From assembly GCA_963668645.2 (NCBI GenBank), contig CAXXWC010000018.1, positions 96,001 through 160,000 on the forward strand: 64,000 bases of DNA, in the 5' to 3' direction. This stretch comes from Desulfobacterales bacterium. Lineage in GTDB: Bacteria; Desulfobacterota; Desulfobacteria; Desulfobacterales; UBA2174. The notes below the pieces were generated by a model. It was given only the letters and a program-made list of their open reading frames with translations, did not search any database and was not told the origin of the DNA. Made by a program: the position numbers and the translations under genes. This document shows positions 1 to 10,235 of the stretch, one piece after another; positions within the stretch are counted from its first letter, which is position 1; each line of letters starts with the position of its first letter.

Positions 1-123
1 GCCGACCCCGTTTTTCATGCTGGTGGTGACCCCGAGGGTCGGGCAGAGCCCGAGAACGAGCCGAAACGGTGGGATTTCGTCCCACAGACCCTTGGTGAAC
101 TCTTGTACGAGCGTCTTGGCCAT
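1..123 (-). CDS. rnfE: Rnf complex subunit E, 5' part (runs off window edge)
   Basis: Not in the ORF track. Manual translation from ATG at 123 gives MAKTLVQEFTKGLWDEIPPFRLVLGLCPTLGVTT (LGLCP motif of RnfE/NqrD). AAGGAG RBS upstream; directly follows rnfG. Confidence 0.9.
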   Translation of the reverse strand, partial: MAKTLVQEFTKGLWDEIPPFRLVLGLCPTLGVTTSMKNGVG

Positions 124-138
124 GCCCAGCTCTCCTTC

Positions 139-729
139 TTATTTGAATCTTTTGACCTGTTCGACGATCTGGGATTTAAGCTGCCGATACTGTTCCAACG
201 CGCCGGTGGCGGCCGCGCAGACCCCGCGGGAGGTAATGGTCGCACCGCTCAGAGCGCTGATGCTTCCCCCGTCCTTGCTCACCTTGATCGGCTGATCCAC
301 CGGAAGGCCTTTGAACTGGGCGGCAAAATTCGGATCATCCTTAGCACGCGCTCCGAGTCCGGGGGTCTCCTTGTGGGTCGTGACGGCCACCCCCAACAGT
401 TTGTCGGTCTGTACGTTGACGGCCACCATCAAGCCGAAGGCGTCGGCGAAGCCCTTGCCAGCGGTCTCGAAGACCACGGTATTGGGCTGGCCGTCAAAGA
501 CGCCGACAAAGAAGCTTTGGGGTTTGCCGTCCACGGTGAGCTTGAAGCGGTCGTTGACCGGGTCGTTGGTGGCCCCGGCAAGGATCTGGCGGATGGCCGG
601 TCCTTTGACGAATTCCAGCTCCTGGCGTTCGATCTGGGCTGCCGTGGCGGTGCGCAGATAGGCCAGCAGCCCTCCCGACAGGGCGCTGAGGAAGGTCAGG
701 ACCACCACCATCTTCATCATTTCGCGCAT
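139..729 (-). CDS. rnfG: Rnf complex subunit G (FMN-binding)
   Basis: N-terminal membrane anchor, ETPGLG motif and SGATITS flavinylation motif. Confidence 0.93.
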   Translation of the reverse strand: MREMMKMVVVLTFLSALSGGLLAYLRTATAAQIERQELEFVKGPAIRQILAGATNDPVNDRFKLTVDGKPQSFFVGVFDGQPNTVVFETAGKGFADAFGLMVAVNVQTDKLLGVAVTTHKETPGLGARAKDDPNFAAQFKGLPVDQPIKVSKDGGSISALSGATITSRGVCAAATGALEQYRQLKSQIVEQVKRFK

Positions 730-730
730 A

Positions 731-1690
731 TCACGTTACCTTTCCCAGGGCCCGGGGCTTGATTTTGTCCAGCAGCGGGGCGATCAGGTTGATGACCAAA
801 ATCGCGTAGATCACTCCATCGGGGTAGGCACCGATGTTGCGGATCAGCACCGTGAGCAGGCCGCCGCAAAAACCGTAGATCAGCATGGGCCAGGTGTTGA
901 CCGGTGAAGAGCTGTCTTCGGTGGCCAGAAAGAAGGCGCCGATGAGACAGTAGCCGGTCAGCAGATGGAAGGCCGGTCCGGCATAGCGGACCGGATCGCC
1001 GAGGTGAAAGGCGGCGGCAGTGGCGACCACGCCGGCGATGAAGGCGGCCGGAATCTGCCAGCGAACGATGCCGCAGATTACAAGGTAGGCGCCGCCGACG
1101 GCGAGCCACAGGCCGAAGGGCGCGCCGATGGCCCCGGCCTGATGGCCGAGGAGCAGGTTCACGGCATCAAAACGCTGCGCGGCCGCGGCGCCGAAAGCTT
1201 TGGCGGCGGTGAGCGGTTCGAGCATGGCAAATCCCGGATCGAGGCTCAGCAGGGCCGCGTCGAAGTCCATGTGGGTACTCCAACTGACACCCAGGATGGC
1301 CACACTGACCACTACCGGATTGAAGGGGTTGGCACCGATACCGCCGTAGATCTGCTTGCCGATGACCACCGCCAGAAAGGTGCCGGTGACCACCATCCAC
1401 CACGGGGCGGTGGCCGGCAGCAGCATGGCCAGGGTCATGCCGATCAGGGCGGCGTTGCCGTCGCCGATGCTGGGCCGTTGGCGGCCGATCTTGTTAAACG
1501 CCAGCTCCCAGAGTATGGCGCTGCCGATGGCCATGCAGATCACCGAAAGAGCCGGTTGGCCCCACTGGATGATGCCGGCGAGCGCTGCGGGCACCAGCGC
1601 CAGCAGGATCTGGTAGCTGCGTGAAGCGATACTGCTGCCGTCATGGACGAAAGGCGGATGGGATACAATGAACTTTTGGGCGTCAGGCAT
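731..1690 (-). CDS. rnfD: Rnf complex subunit D (divergent)
   Basis: Polytopic membrane protein with KQIYGGIGANPFNP and YPDGVIYAIL motifs; lies between rnfC and rnfG. Confidence 0.9.
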   Translation of the reverse strand: MPDAQKFIVSHPPFVHDGSSIASRSYQILLALVPAALAGIIQWGQPALSVICMAIGSAILWELAFNKIGRQRPSIGDGNAALIGMTLAMLLPATAPWWMVVTGTFLAVVIGKQIYGGIGANPFNPVVVSVAILGVSWSTHMDFDAALLSLDPGFAMLEPLTAAKAFGAAAAQRFDAVNLLLGHQAGAIGAPFGLWLAVGGAYLVICGIVRWQIPAAFIAGVVATAAAFHLGDPVRYAGPAFHLLTGYCLIGAFFLATEDSSSPVNTWPMLIYGFCGGLLTVLIRNIGAYPDGVIYAILVINLIAPLLDKIKPRALGKVT

Positions 1691-2969
1691 CTTCGGCCTC
1701 CGCGATGGCGCTCAGGGCCAGTTCGTGCTTGGCCAGACGGATGTACTGGAAGATGGGAATGCGTGCGGTGCAAACATAGCTGCAAAGGCCGCAGTCCACA
1801 CAGGAAAACAGATCATAACGTTCAGCCGCCTCCCCGTACTGTCCGGCTTCCAGCAAGCGGACCAGCATATTTACCGGAACGCGGGTCGGACAGATGCGGA
1901 TGCACTCGCCGCAGTTGATGCATGGGGCGTCGCTTACCCGCACGACCTGCGAGGCGTCCTGGATCATGAGGCTGTGGGTGTCGGGTCGGACGGGGAAGTC
2001 TGTGGCGTATAGGGCCGTGCCGGCCAGCGGGCCACCCGCGATGAGCCGGTCACCATCATTCAGTTGGATGTCCAGGGCTTGGCAGATGTGCCCCACGGGC
2101 GTGCCGAGGCGGACGGTAATGAGTGTCTGGCAGCCGTCCTTGGCGATGACCGTCAGGGTCTTGTCCAAACAGATTCGCTGCTCGGCCAGGGATTGCCCGA
2201 GAGCGGCGGCCGCCTCGACCGGTACGATGCAAATGCCGAGTTTTTCCAGGGTGGTGCCAGCCGGTACCGGCCGTCCCAGAATTTGCTGAACCATCAGGGC
2301 CGGTGCGGCAGCCGGATACTGGTCGGGCACGGCCACCGGTTCGGCGTGCAGGTGCCCGAGGCCCTGGACGGTGTCCCGGGTGATGGCCAGCAGAGTGTGC
2401 CGGGCGCCGGTGACGGTTTTGAGTAGATCGATGCCCTGGGCCAGGGCGGTGCTGCGGTGGCGCAGTACATACTGGGCCGTGACGCTGCCCAGATCGGCTT
2501 CGGTAGCTGCAATGATCAGGGTTTCGATGGCGCGCTGGGGGGCGCAGAGGCTGGCCACCGGCAGGGCGCCGGGGATCTGGGCCATCCAGGCGCGCAGCAG
2601 GTCGGGTCCTGGTTCAGCGGCCGCCTCGGCAAAGGCCGTGTCCCAGATTTCCTCCGAACCCACGGTCAGGTCGATGCGGGTCCAGCGGTCGCCGAAGTTG
2701 CCGGTGAACGGTTCGATGGCTTTAATCGTACCGGTGGCCGGGGCGATGACGCAGGCGTCGCTGTCGGAAAAAGGAACAATCCTTTGCCCTGTGCGCACCG
2801 TATCACCGACCCGGATATTGAGCCGATCGCTGCGGGTCAATGGATGGTCGCAAAACATCACCATACCGGGTGGCGCGGCGGTCAATAGCCGGTGGGGGAT
2901 ATCCTTAAGGCGCTGATAGCTGAAACACGGCGGACTTGAGCGGAACAAGGATCTTCGAAACATGGGCAT
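1683..2969 (-). CDS. rnfC: Rnf complex subunit C (divergent; two 4Fe-4S clusters)
   Basis: N-terminal VGDTVRTGQ...APATGTI sandwich, GGPL motif, and CINCGECIRICP plus CVDCGLCSYVC ferredoxin motifs. Confidence 0.88.
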   Translation of the reverse strand: MPMFRRSLFRSSPPCFSYQRLKDIPHRLLTAAPPGMVMFCDHPLTRSDRLNIRVGDTVRTGQRIVPFSDSDACVIAPATGTIKAIEPFTGNFGDRWTRIDLTVGSEEIWDTAFAEAAAEPGPDLLRAWMAQIPGALPVASLCAPQRAIETLIIAATEADLGSVTAQYVLRHRSTALAQGIDLLKTVTGARHTLLAITRDTVQGLGHLHAEPVAVPDQYPAAAPALMVQQILGRPVPAGTTLEKLGICIVPVEAAAALGQSLAEQRICLDKTLTVIAKDGCQTLITVRLGTPVGHICQALDIQLNDGDRLIAGGPLAGTALYATDFPVRPDTHSLMIQDASQVVRVSDAPCINCGECIRICPTRVPVNMLVRLLEAGQYGEAAERYDLFSCVDCGLCSYVCTARIPIFQYIRLAKHELALSAIAEAEDA

Positions 2970-3004
2970 CCTTTTTCGGCAACCGACTGGCCGATCAGTG
3001 GAGT

Positions 3005-3436
3005 TTAAAGCACATGACAGGCGTTGCAGGCCACCGGACCGGCATCGAACTGCTTATGGCAGCCGATGCATTGGTCGTGAAAGGCGTCGCTGCGCTTGGA
3101 AACGTCAGCCAAATCGTAGGAATCCGGCGAATGGCATTCGTTGCAGGTTTCAGCGATGGTTTTGTGGTTTTCGAGACTGCCATGGCAGGCGCCGCAAGCC
3201 ATGGTGTTGTCTTCCCCTTCGGGGTGATGATGGCAGTCGGCACAGGCCAGGCCGAAACGGTCGGTGGCCAAATGGGCCTGATGGTCGAAAAGGACTTTGC
3301 CGGCGTTGGTGTGGTACATCATCCTCAAGGGCGGATCAGGGATCCTGGCTGAATAGCAGGCAAAAGAGAAAATCCCGATAATGATCAGCACGATGGCCAG
3401 GCCATAGGCCAGCTGCAGTTCCTTTTTGGGCGCCAT
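3005..3436 (-). CDS. Membrane-anchored cytochrome c3-family protein with five CxxCH motifs (Rnf-associated)
   Basis: Motifs CADCH, CGACH, CNECH, CIGCH, CNACH; N-terminal hydrophobic helix; GAAAGGA RBS before ATG 3436. Confidence 0.88.
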   Translation of the reverse strand: MAPKKELQLAYGLAIVLIIIGIFSFACYSARIPDPPLRMMYHTNAGKVLFDHQAHLATDRFGLACADCHHHPEGEDNTMACGACHGSLENHKTIAETCNECHSPDSYDLADVSKRSDAFHDQCIGCHKQFDAGPVACNACHVL

Positions 3437-3653
3437 TGCGGCTGTCCTTTCAGTGGTCATTAAAACTTGGCGATATTGTTTTGGCGGGGGGGCAAAACCA
3501 CGCCCGGACTACCATAATCGCGATGGCCTTGCAACCCCTTTTTCATGGGGGCTGCCGGGCCGGTTCAGGTGTCAAAGCCTTTAAAACCAAGGTTTCGTGT
3601 GGCTGCAAAGCGCAAGTCGAGTACGGTTCGGATGGCCGCAAGCGCCGGTGGCT

Positions 3654-5384
3654 CTAAGGGAATCGAGGGCTGTCCGGCCGGGGGGAACAAACCCCGCAGC
3701 GGCTGCAACCGCTCGGCGGACAGGGAGGGGATAGGCGCCGCTGGTGGTAGCGCTGATATTCCTGCCACAGATAGGCGCGTTGGATTCCGTGATCGATGAT
3801 TTCCCAGGCGAAGACTTCTCGGGCTTGCCGCGGGCGCAGGACAAAGAAGTCCGGATTCGGCGCCGCGCCGCGTCCCAGGTCGGACCAGGGTCGGCCGCTG
3901 CGAAAATGCAAATCGAGCATCTGTCCCACCCGGCGGTCTCCCCGGGCTAACAGGGCCTGGATCGCGGCCCAGCGGGGACTGTCGGCATGGACCCGGACGT
4001 TGGCCACCGGCCGCAGCCCTTTTTGAATCGAGCGGATCTTGGCCTTGAGCCGGGCCAGGGATTCCATGGGCGCCCATTGCAGGGGGGTGAACGGCTTGGG
4101 CACAAAGCTGTTGAGGCTGACGGTGATCGTACCGAGGCGGCCCCAGCTGCGGCTGGCGCGTAGGAACCGATCCTTGATGCGTTTGACCAGGGTGACGATG
4201 GCTTCGACGTCCGCGGCTGTTTCGCCCGGCAGCCCGACCATGAAATAGAGCCGCAGGTTGGGGATGCCGGCCCCGGCCAGACCTTCGGCGGCGTTAAGAA
4301 TCGTATCGTCTTCCAGATGTTTGTTAATGGCGGTACGCAAATTCTCACTGCCCGTCTCAGGCGCAATGGTGGCGGTTTTGATCCGGCTGCCGGCCAGGGT
4401 GGCGATCAAAGGCGCGTCCAATGCATCGGCCCGCAGCGAGCTGAAGTGCAGTTTCAGGCCCTGCCGGGCGGCATGTTGGCACAGTTCCGCCAGGTCCGGC
4501 AGATCCGACACCGCCGCTCCCACCAGGCCGATCCGGTTTGTCCTGGCAGCGGCTGCATCGAGGCAGGCGGTCAGGGCGCTCAGCGGGGCGAAGCGCGCCG
4601 GCCGGTAGACATAACCCGCGGCACAAAAGCGGCATCCGTGGGGGCAGCCGCGGGATACCTCCATGAGAAAATCGGCCTCGAAGGTCGTTTCAGGAGTCAC
4701 CAGGCGGGTGCAGGCCGGCGGGGTGCTGAGATCTTCCAGCCGCACCCGGGTGGCGCGGGCCGGCACGTCGGCCAGCAGCCGGTAGGTCGCCAAGGTGCCG
4801 TCCGGGTGGTATTCGGGGGCATAAAATCGCGGCACATAGGCCCCGGGGAGCTGGTTGGCAAGCGCGTGGAGCCAATCGGGGCGATGTGCCGAAGGATCGA
4901 AAAGCGCCATGAACTCAGGCAGCAGAACTTCCGCTTCGCCGATGAGGATGGTGTCGAAAATCTCGGCCAGGGGTTCCGGATTGATCAAACAGGCGACTCC
5001 GCCGGCCACGATCAGGGGGTGGCGCCCATCGCGGTCCGCGGCACCGGTCGGCAGGCCGGCGGCGGCCAGCAGGGCGAAGATCGACGGGTAGTCGTTTTCA
5101 AAGGAGACGGAAAAGGCGACGATGTCAAAATCGTCCAGGGGGCGGCCCGATTCGAGGCTCAACGGGCGGGGCCAGGGGTGGGGGGGCGGGCCTTCGGGGG
5201 CGAAAACCCGCTCGCAGACCACGTCTTCCATCTGGTTGAGCAGTCCGTAAACCGTCTGGAACCCGAGGTTGGCCATACCCACGGCATAGTGGTGGGGGTA
5301 GACCAGCGCCACGCGCCGGCGATGGCGCCACGGTTTGCGGACGGTTCCCTGCTCGCGTGAAAGATAATCGGCGTTCGAGGTCAT
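3654..5384 (-). CDS. Radical SAM protein with B12-binding-like N-terminal domain
   Basis: EVSRGCPHGCRFC (CxxxCxxC), YFMVGLPGET, and a C-terminal CxxxxCxxCxxC. Confidence 0.85.
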   Translation of the reverse strand: MTSNADYLSREQGTVRKPWRHRRRVALVYPHHYAVGMANLGFQTVYGLLNQMEDVVCERVFAPEGPPPHPWPRPLSLESGRPLDDFDIVAFSVSFENDYPSIFALLAAAGLPTGAADRDGRHPLIVAGGVACLINPEPLAEIFDTILIGEAEVLLPEFMALFDPSAHRPDWLHALANQLPGAYVPRFYAPEYHPDGTLATYRLLADVPARATRVRLEDLSTPPACTRLVTPETTFEADFLMEVSRGCPHGCRFCAAGYVYRPARFAPLSALTACLDAAAARTNRIGLVGAAVSDLPDLAELCQHAARQGLKLHFSSLRADALDAPLIATLAGSRIKTATIAPETGSENLRTAINKHLEDDTILNAAEGLAGAGIPNLRLYFMVGLPGETAADVEAIVTLVKRIKDRFLRASRSWGRLGTITVSLNSFVPKPFTPLQWAPMESLARLKAKIRSIQKGLRPVANVRVHADSPRWAAIQALLARGDRRVGQMLDLHFRSGRPWSDLGRGAAPNPDFFVLRPRQAREVFAWEIIDHGIQRAYLWQEYQRYHQRRLSPPCPPSGCSRCGVCSPRPDSPRFP

Positions 5385-5503
5385 GAGGGATCACGGCTGG
5401 CTGAATTTGCCCTCGCCCACCCGCCTTAATGGCGTGAACGTGGATCGGGGCGAGGGCCGTCCCGTAGGGGGGCTTTCGGTCCGGCCCTCGCTTTGGCAGC
5501 GGA

Positions 5504-6685
5504 CTAGTCCGCCTTGCGCCTCAGGAAGGTGGGAATGTCCAGGTCGTCGTTGTCGATCACCAGTCCTTTGTAGCCGCGGTAGACAGCAGCGCCTTCACCC
5601 ACGGCTTCTTTTTGCCGCACAAAGGTCGGTTCGTCGTAGTCCACCGCCGTTTGCAGATCGGCCGGGGTCAGATCCCGCAGCTTGCCGCGGGTAGGGGGCT
5701 CGCGGCGACCCTTTTCCGTCACATTGTGACCGGATCCGATCCCGGTGGCGATGACCGTTACGCGCATCTCGTCGCCCATGTTTTCGTCGATGGCCTGCCC
5801 CCAGATAATCTCGGCGTCCTCGCCCACCTCTTTGTAGATGCGATCCGAGGCCTCGGTCATTTCCTCCAGGGTCAGGTCGCTGGTGGAGGTGATGTTCATC
5901 AGCACGCCCTTGGCGCCGGCGATGGAGATGTCTTCGAGCAGCGGATGGCTGATGGCGCGCTCGGCGGCCTCCACGGCCCGATTTTCGCCGCTGGAAATGC
6001 CGATGCCCATGATGGCCATGCCCGCCTTGCTCATGGTGGTGCGCACATCGGCGAAATCGAGGTTGACCAGCCCCGGGATCATGATCAGGTCGGTGATGCC
6101 GCGCACCGAATGGAGCAGGATCTCATCGGCCTTTTTGAACATGTCGATCATACGCGCGTTCTTGGCGGCCAGGGCGCGCAGGCGGTCATTGGGGATGGTG
6201 ATCACCGTGTCGGCCACGTCTTTGAGGGTGGAGATTCCCTCTTCGGCCTGGCGCTGGCGTTTGCGGCCCTCGAAGGAGAAGGGGCGCGTGACCACCGCAA
6301 CGGTCAGTGCGCCGATTTCCTTGCATATTTCCGCAATCACAGGCGCGGCGCCGGTTCCAGTACCCCCGCCGAATCCGGCGGTTATAAAAACCATGTGGCT
6401 GTCGCCCAGGGCCTGGCGCAGGGCCTCTTCGGCTTCCAGGGCCGCCTCTCGCCCCACTTGGGGATTGGCGCCGGCGCCCAGGCCCTCGGTAAGTTGGCTG
6501 CCCATTTGGATCTTGACCGGCGCCCTGGAGATGTCCAGGGCCTGCAGATCGGTGTTGGCAGCGATGAATTTGACGCCCTGCAAGCCGGCCTCGATCATGT
6601 TGTTGATGGCGTTGCCACCGGCGCCGCCGACCCCGATGACTTTGATTCTGGCTGAACCGTCCGTGTCGACATACTCGAATCCCAT
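5504..6685 (-). CDS. ftsZ: Cell division protein FtsZ
   Basis: GVGGAGGNA, GGGTGTG tubulin signature and C-terminal DIPTFLR peptide. Confidence 0.98.
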   Translation of the reverse strand: MGFEYVDTDGSARIKVIGVGGAGGNAINNMIEAGLQGVKFIAANTDLQALDISRAPVKIQMGSQLTEGLGAGANPQVGREAALEAEEALRQALGDSHMVFITAGFGGGTGTGAAPVIAEICKEIGALTVAVVTRPFSFEGRKRQRQAEEGISTLKDVADTVITIPNDRLRALAAKNARMIDMFKKADEILLHSVRGITDLIMIPGLVNLDFADVRTTMSKAGMAIMGIGISSGENRAVEAAERAISHPLLEDISIAGAKGVLMNITSTSDLTLEEMTEASDRIYKEVGEDAEIIWGQAIDENMGDEMRVTVIATGIGSGHNVTEKGRREPPTRGKLRDLTPADLQTAVDYDEPTFVRQKEAVGEGAAVYRGYKGLVIDNDDLDIPTFLRRKAD

Positions 6686-6766
6686 GGTATCCCCCCTTTT
6701 TAGCTTCAATCGTTGCGTTGATTTGGGTTGCGGCGGCCTGCACCGGGCCGCCGGGCAATGGATGTA

Positions 6767-8002
6767 TTAAATCACGTCCTTAAACCAGCGTTTCATGCGC
6801 GTCATGACGCGGTTGAAGATGTTTGTGTCGCGGATGCGAAACTTGTTGGCCGCCTTATTCCGATTGCGCGCGCCGTAGACCACCAGGCCCACCCCGGTGG
6901 CGTACATGGGGTTGTTGACCACATCCACCAGCCCGCCGATCCCCCGCGGGCGCCCGAGACGGGTGGGCAGATTGAACACCGATTCGGCCAGATCGGTGCA
7001 GCCTTCGAGCAGGGCCGATCCACCGGTGATGACGATCCCCGATGAGATGAGGTGTTCGACGCCGGCGCGGTAGATTTCGCGCTGGACCAGGGTGAAGATC
7101 TCTTCGGTGCGCGGTTCGAGAATCTCTCCCAGGATCTGGCGCGGCAGGTTGCGCGGCTCGCGGCCTCCCATGCCGGGCACTTCGATGGTTTCTCCGCTGC
7201 CGATCTGGCTCGAGACGCAAGTGCCGTATTTGATTTTGATTTTTTCGGCCTCGGGCAGCGGGGCGCGCAAGCCGACGGCGATGTCGTTGGTCAGGTTGTT
7301 GCCGCCCAGGGCCAGCACAAAGGTGTGCTTGATGTTGTTTTCGGCAAAGATGGCCAGGTCCGTGGTGCCGCCGCCCAGGTCGAGCAGCGCGGCGCCGAGC
7401 TCCTTTTCTTCGCCCGTGAGCACCGCCTCGCCCGAGGCGAGGGATTCGAGAACGATGTCGCAAACATCCAGGCCGGCGCGGTTGGCGCATTTGACGATGT
7501 TGTGGGCCGATGTGACCGCACCGGTGACGATGTGGATCTTGGCTTCGAGCCGGACGCCGGCCATGCCCACCGGGTTCTGGATCCCGGTCTGGTCGTCGAC
7601 GATAAACTCCTGGGGCAGCACATGGATGACCTCCCGGTCCATGGGAATGGCCACGGCCCGGGCCGCATCGATGACCCGTTCGACATCGTTATCCGTGATT
7701 TCAGGCCCCTTGATGGCAACGATGCCACGGCTGTTGAAGCCGGTGATGTGCCCCCCGGCAATACCGGCATAGACCGACGAGATTTCGCAGCCGGCCATCA
7801 TTTCGGCTTCTTCGACGGCTTTTTGAATCGATTCGACCGTCGATTCGATGTTGACCACCACCCCCTTGCGCAAACCGATGGAAGGGTGGGTGCCGATGCC
7901 GATGATATTGATCTCGCCGCCGCTCACCTCACCGACCACGGCACAGATCTTGGTCGTGCCGATGTCGAGTCCGACGATGAGTTCGCCTTTGCCCTGATGC
8001 AT
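6767..8002 (-). CDS. ftsA: Cell division protein FtsA
   Basis: GLDIGTTKI and DLGGGTTD motifs, C-terminal amphipathic helix. Confidence 0.98.
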   Translation of the reverse strand: MHQGKGELIVGLDIGTTKICAVVGEVSGGEINIIGIGTHPSIGLRKGVVVNIESTVESIQKAVEEAEMMAGCEISSVYAGIAGGHITGFNSRGIVAIKGPEITDNDVERVIDAARAVAIPMDREVIHVLPQEFIVDDQTGIQNPVGMAGVRLEAKIHIVTGAVTSAHNIVKCANRAGLDVCDIVLESLASGEAVLTGEEKELGAALLDLGGGTTDLAIFAENNIKHTFVLALGGNNLTNDIAVGLRAPLPEAEKIKIKYGTCVSSQIGSGETIEVPGMGGREPRNLPRQILGEILEPRTEEIFTLVQREIYRAGVEHLISSGIVITGGSALLEGCTDLAESVFNLPTRLGRPRGIGGLVDVVNNPMYATGVGLVVYGARNRNKAANKFRIRDTNIFNRVMTRMKRWFKDVI

Positions 8003-8004
8003 GT

Positions 8005-8844
8005 TTATGCCTCCTTTGGATCGTCGCCCGGTTTAACGACAATCCGCTGTCGTTGCGTCAGGTCGATACGTTGCCAGCCGCCGCCAGGGGGTTCGGCTTC
8101 CTGCAAGAAACGGTGCAGGTTGGCCAGCTTTTCCGGGTAGTGCTCGAAACCGAGAATGACCAGCCCCAGCCCTGACGCGGTTTCGATGGCCATCCCGCTG
8201 TCCGGGTCGGCCAAAACCGTGAACGGCGATGGGGCATTGGCATTTTGATGGAAAGCCCGCCAGCGCCGTAGCGCTTCCATCGCGGCGCCATAGACCGGGG
8301 GCGCCGGCGCGTTGCACTGGGGCAGATCCGCGTAGTGAAGCCCTTCAATGACCGGCAGGTGCTCTGGATCCCCGGCGGCCCAAAACTTGAAAGGACGACC
8401 GTTTTCATCGATCAGCAATCGTCCTGCCGGCATTTCGGCCAACGCCAGGGTACGGTGTTCGGTGATTTCGATTTCCAGCCGATCCGGAAGCCGGCGTTTC
8501 ACCGAGGCGGCCGCGATCCAGGGATGGGCCAGCAGGCGCCGCCGGCACTGCCCCAAGCGTACCGCCAGGATATTGATCTGGGGATGAAGGCCGGCCTGGC
8601 GGATGACAGTCATCTCGTCCAGGTGCCGGTTGCCCCTGACCTGGATACTGGCCGCTGCAAAGGTGCGGCACTGGGTGGCCAGATCGTGCAGCAGTACAAA
8701 GGTCAGGGCCAGCCCTACAATCAGGGCCGCCAGACCCACGGACCGTACCAGGCGGCCGATAGACGATCGGCGGGTTTGGCCGGCACCGGTCCCCGTTCGC
8801 CTGAAGCGGTTGCGTCTGGGAGTACTCTTGCGCGAGATCGTCAC
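8005..8844 (-). CDS. ftsQ: Cell division protein FtsQ/DivIB
   Basis: Basic N-terminus, one TM helix, POTRA region ([24 protein letters not shown]). GTG start overlaps the murC stop (GTGA). Confidence 0.85.
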   Translation of the reverse strand: MTISRKSTPRRNRFRRTGTGAGQTRRSSIGRLVRSVGLAALIVGLALTFVLLHDLATQCRTFAAASIQVRGNRHLDEMTVIRQAGLHPQINILAVRLGQCRRRLLAHPWIAAASVKRRLPDRLEIEITEHRTLALAEMPAGRLLIDENGRPFKFWAAGDPEHLPVIEGLHYADLPQCNAPAPPVYGAAMEALRRWRAFHQNANAPSPFTVLADPDSGMAIETASGLGLVILGFEHYPEKLANLHRFLQEAEPPGGGWQRIDLTQRQRIVVKPGDDPKEA

Positions 8845-10232
8845 GGCGCGCTTCCCCCTTCGCCCGCCAGACGGGCCAGCACCTGGGGGCCGATGCGCCA
8901 TACGTCCCCGGCCCCTAAAGTCAGCAGGATGTCGTTGCCGCCCAGGCGCGATGCCAGAGTGTTGACCGCCTCCTCGGCCGAAGGCAGATACGTTACATGC
9001 CGGTGTCCGTGTGCCCTGATTGCCTCGGCCAGTGAACGGGCGTCGACCCCGTCGATGGGCGGTTCGCTGGCCGCGTAGATCGGCAGCACCAGAAGTTCGT
9101 CGCTCTGATTGAACGCTCGGGTGAAATCCTCGAAGAGGGCGCGGGTGCGGCTGTAGCGATGCGGCTGAAAGACGACCACCTTGCGCCGTTTGGGCCAGCA
9201 CTGATCAAGCGCTTCCAGGGTGGCGGCGATTTCGGTGGGATGGTGGCCGTAGTCATCGATCACCGTGACCGCGCCGGCATGCCCTTTGATTTCCAGCCGG
9301 CGCTGGACGCCCTCGACGGTTTCCAGGGCGGCTTTGATGGTGGCAAAGGGGATTTCCAGCTCTATGCCCACCGCGATGCTGGCCAGGGCGTTGTAGACGT
9401 TGTGGAGACCGGGCAGGTTGAGCACGATTTCACCGAGGGATCGGTCTGCCCGGCTGACCTCGAAACGGCTCTGCAGGCCATCGAAGCGGACCTTGGTGGC
9501 CTGGAAGTCGGCCTGCCGGCTGATCCCGTACGTGGTCATCCGCTTTTTGACCCGCGGAATGATCTCCTGCAGGGCCGGGTTGTCCAGACAGAGGACCGCC
9601 AGACCGTAAAAGGGAATCCGGTCGATGAAATCGAGAAAGACATCCTGGATGGCCGCCAGGTCCGGATAAAAATCGAGGTGCTCGCGGTCGATGTTGGTCA
9701 CCACGGCGATGGTGGGCGAATACTTGAGAAAGGAGCCGTCGCTTTCGTCGGCTTCCGCCACGATAAAGGCCCCCTGCCCGAGGCGGGCGTTGGCCCCGAG
9801 ATTTTTGAGCTTGCCGCCGATCACCACGGTGGGATCGAACTCGCCCTGGCCCAGGACGGCCGCCACCAGGCTGGTGGTGGTGGTCTTGCCATGGGCCCCG
9901 GCCACTGCCACGCTGTATTTGAGCCGCATGAGCTCGGCGAGCATTTCGGCCCGGGGAATGACCGGGATCCCGGTCTGGAGGGCTGCGGCCACCTCCGGGT
10001 TGTCCTGGCGAACGGCGGACGAGGTGACCACCACATCGGCACCGGTAACATTCTTGGCCTGGTGGCCGATCACGATGCGGCCGCCCAGGTCGATAAGCCG
10101 ATCGGTGATCTCCGAGCCGCGCAGGTCCGAGCCGGAAACCTGATAACCGAGGTTGAGCAGCAACTCGGCGATGCCGCTCATGCCGATGCCGCCGATGCCG
10201 ACGAAGTGGATATGGTATTGTTGACGGTACAT
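8841..10232 (-). CDS. murC: UDP-N-acetylmuramate--L-alanine ligase
   Basis: [29 protein letters not shown] and DDYGHHPTE motifs. Confidence 0.98.
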   Translation of the reverse strand: MYRQQYHIHFVGIGGIGMSGIAELLLNLGYQVSGSDLRGSEITDRLIDLGGRIVIGHQAKNVTGADVVVTSSAVRQDNPEVAAALQTGIPVIPRAEMLAELMRLKYSVAVAGAHGKTTTTSLVAAVLGQGEFDPTVVIGGKLKNLGANARLGQGAFIVAEADESDGSFLKYSPTIAVVTNIDREHLDFYPDLAAIQDVFLDFIDRIPFYGLAVLCLDNPALQEIIPRVKKRMTTYGISRQADFQATKVRFDGLQSRFEVSRADRSLGEIVLNLPGLHNVYNALASIAVGIELEIPFATIKAALETVEGVQRRLEIKGHAGAVTVIDDYGHHPTEIAATLEALDQCWPKRRKVVVFQPHRYSRTRALFEDFTRAFNQSDELLVLPIYAASEPPIDGVDARSLAEAIRAHGHRHVTYLPSAEEAVNTLASRLGGNDILLTLGAGDVWRIGPQVLARLAGEGGSAP

Positions 10233-10235
10233 ATT

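Noticed and set aside
8845..9201. N-terminal extensions given by the ORF track for ftsQ (also murG, ftsW, murD, murF, ftsI, acsC, ltaE)
   Set aside because: Most overlap the upstream gene; downstream starts with an RBS or stop/start coupling fit better.
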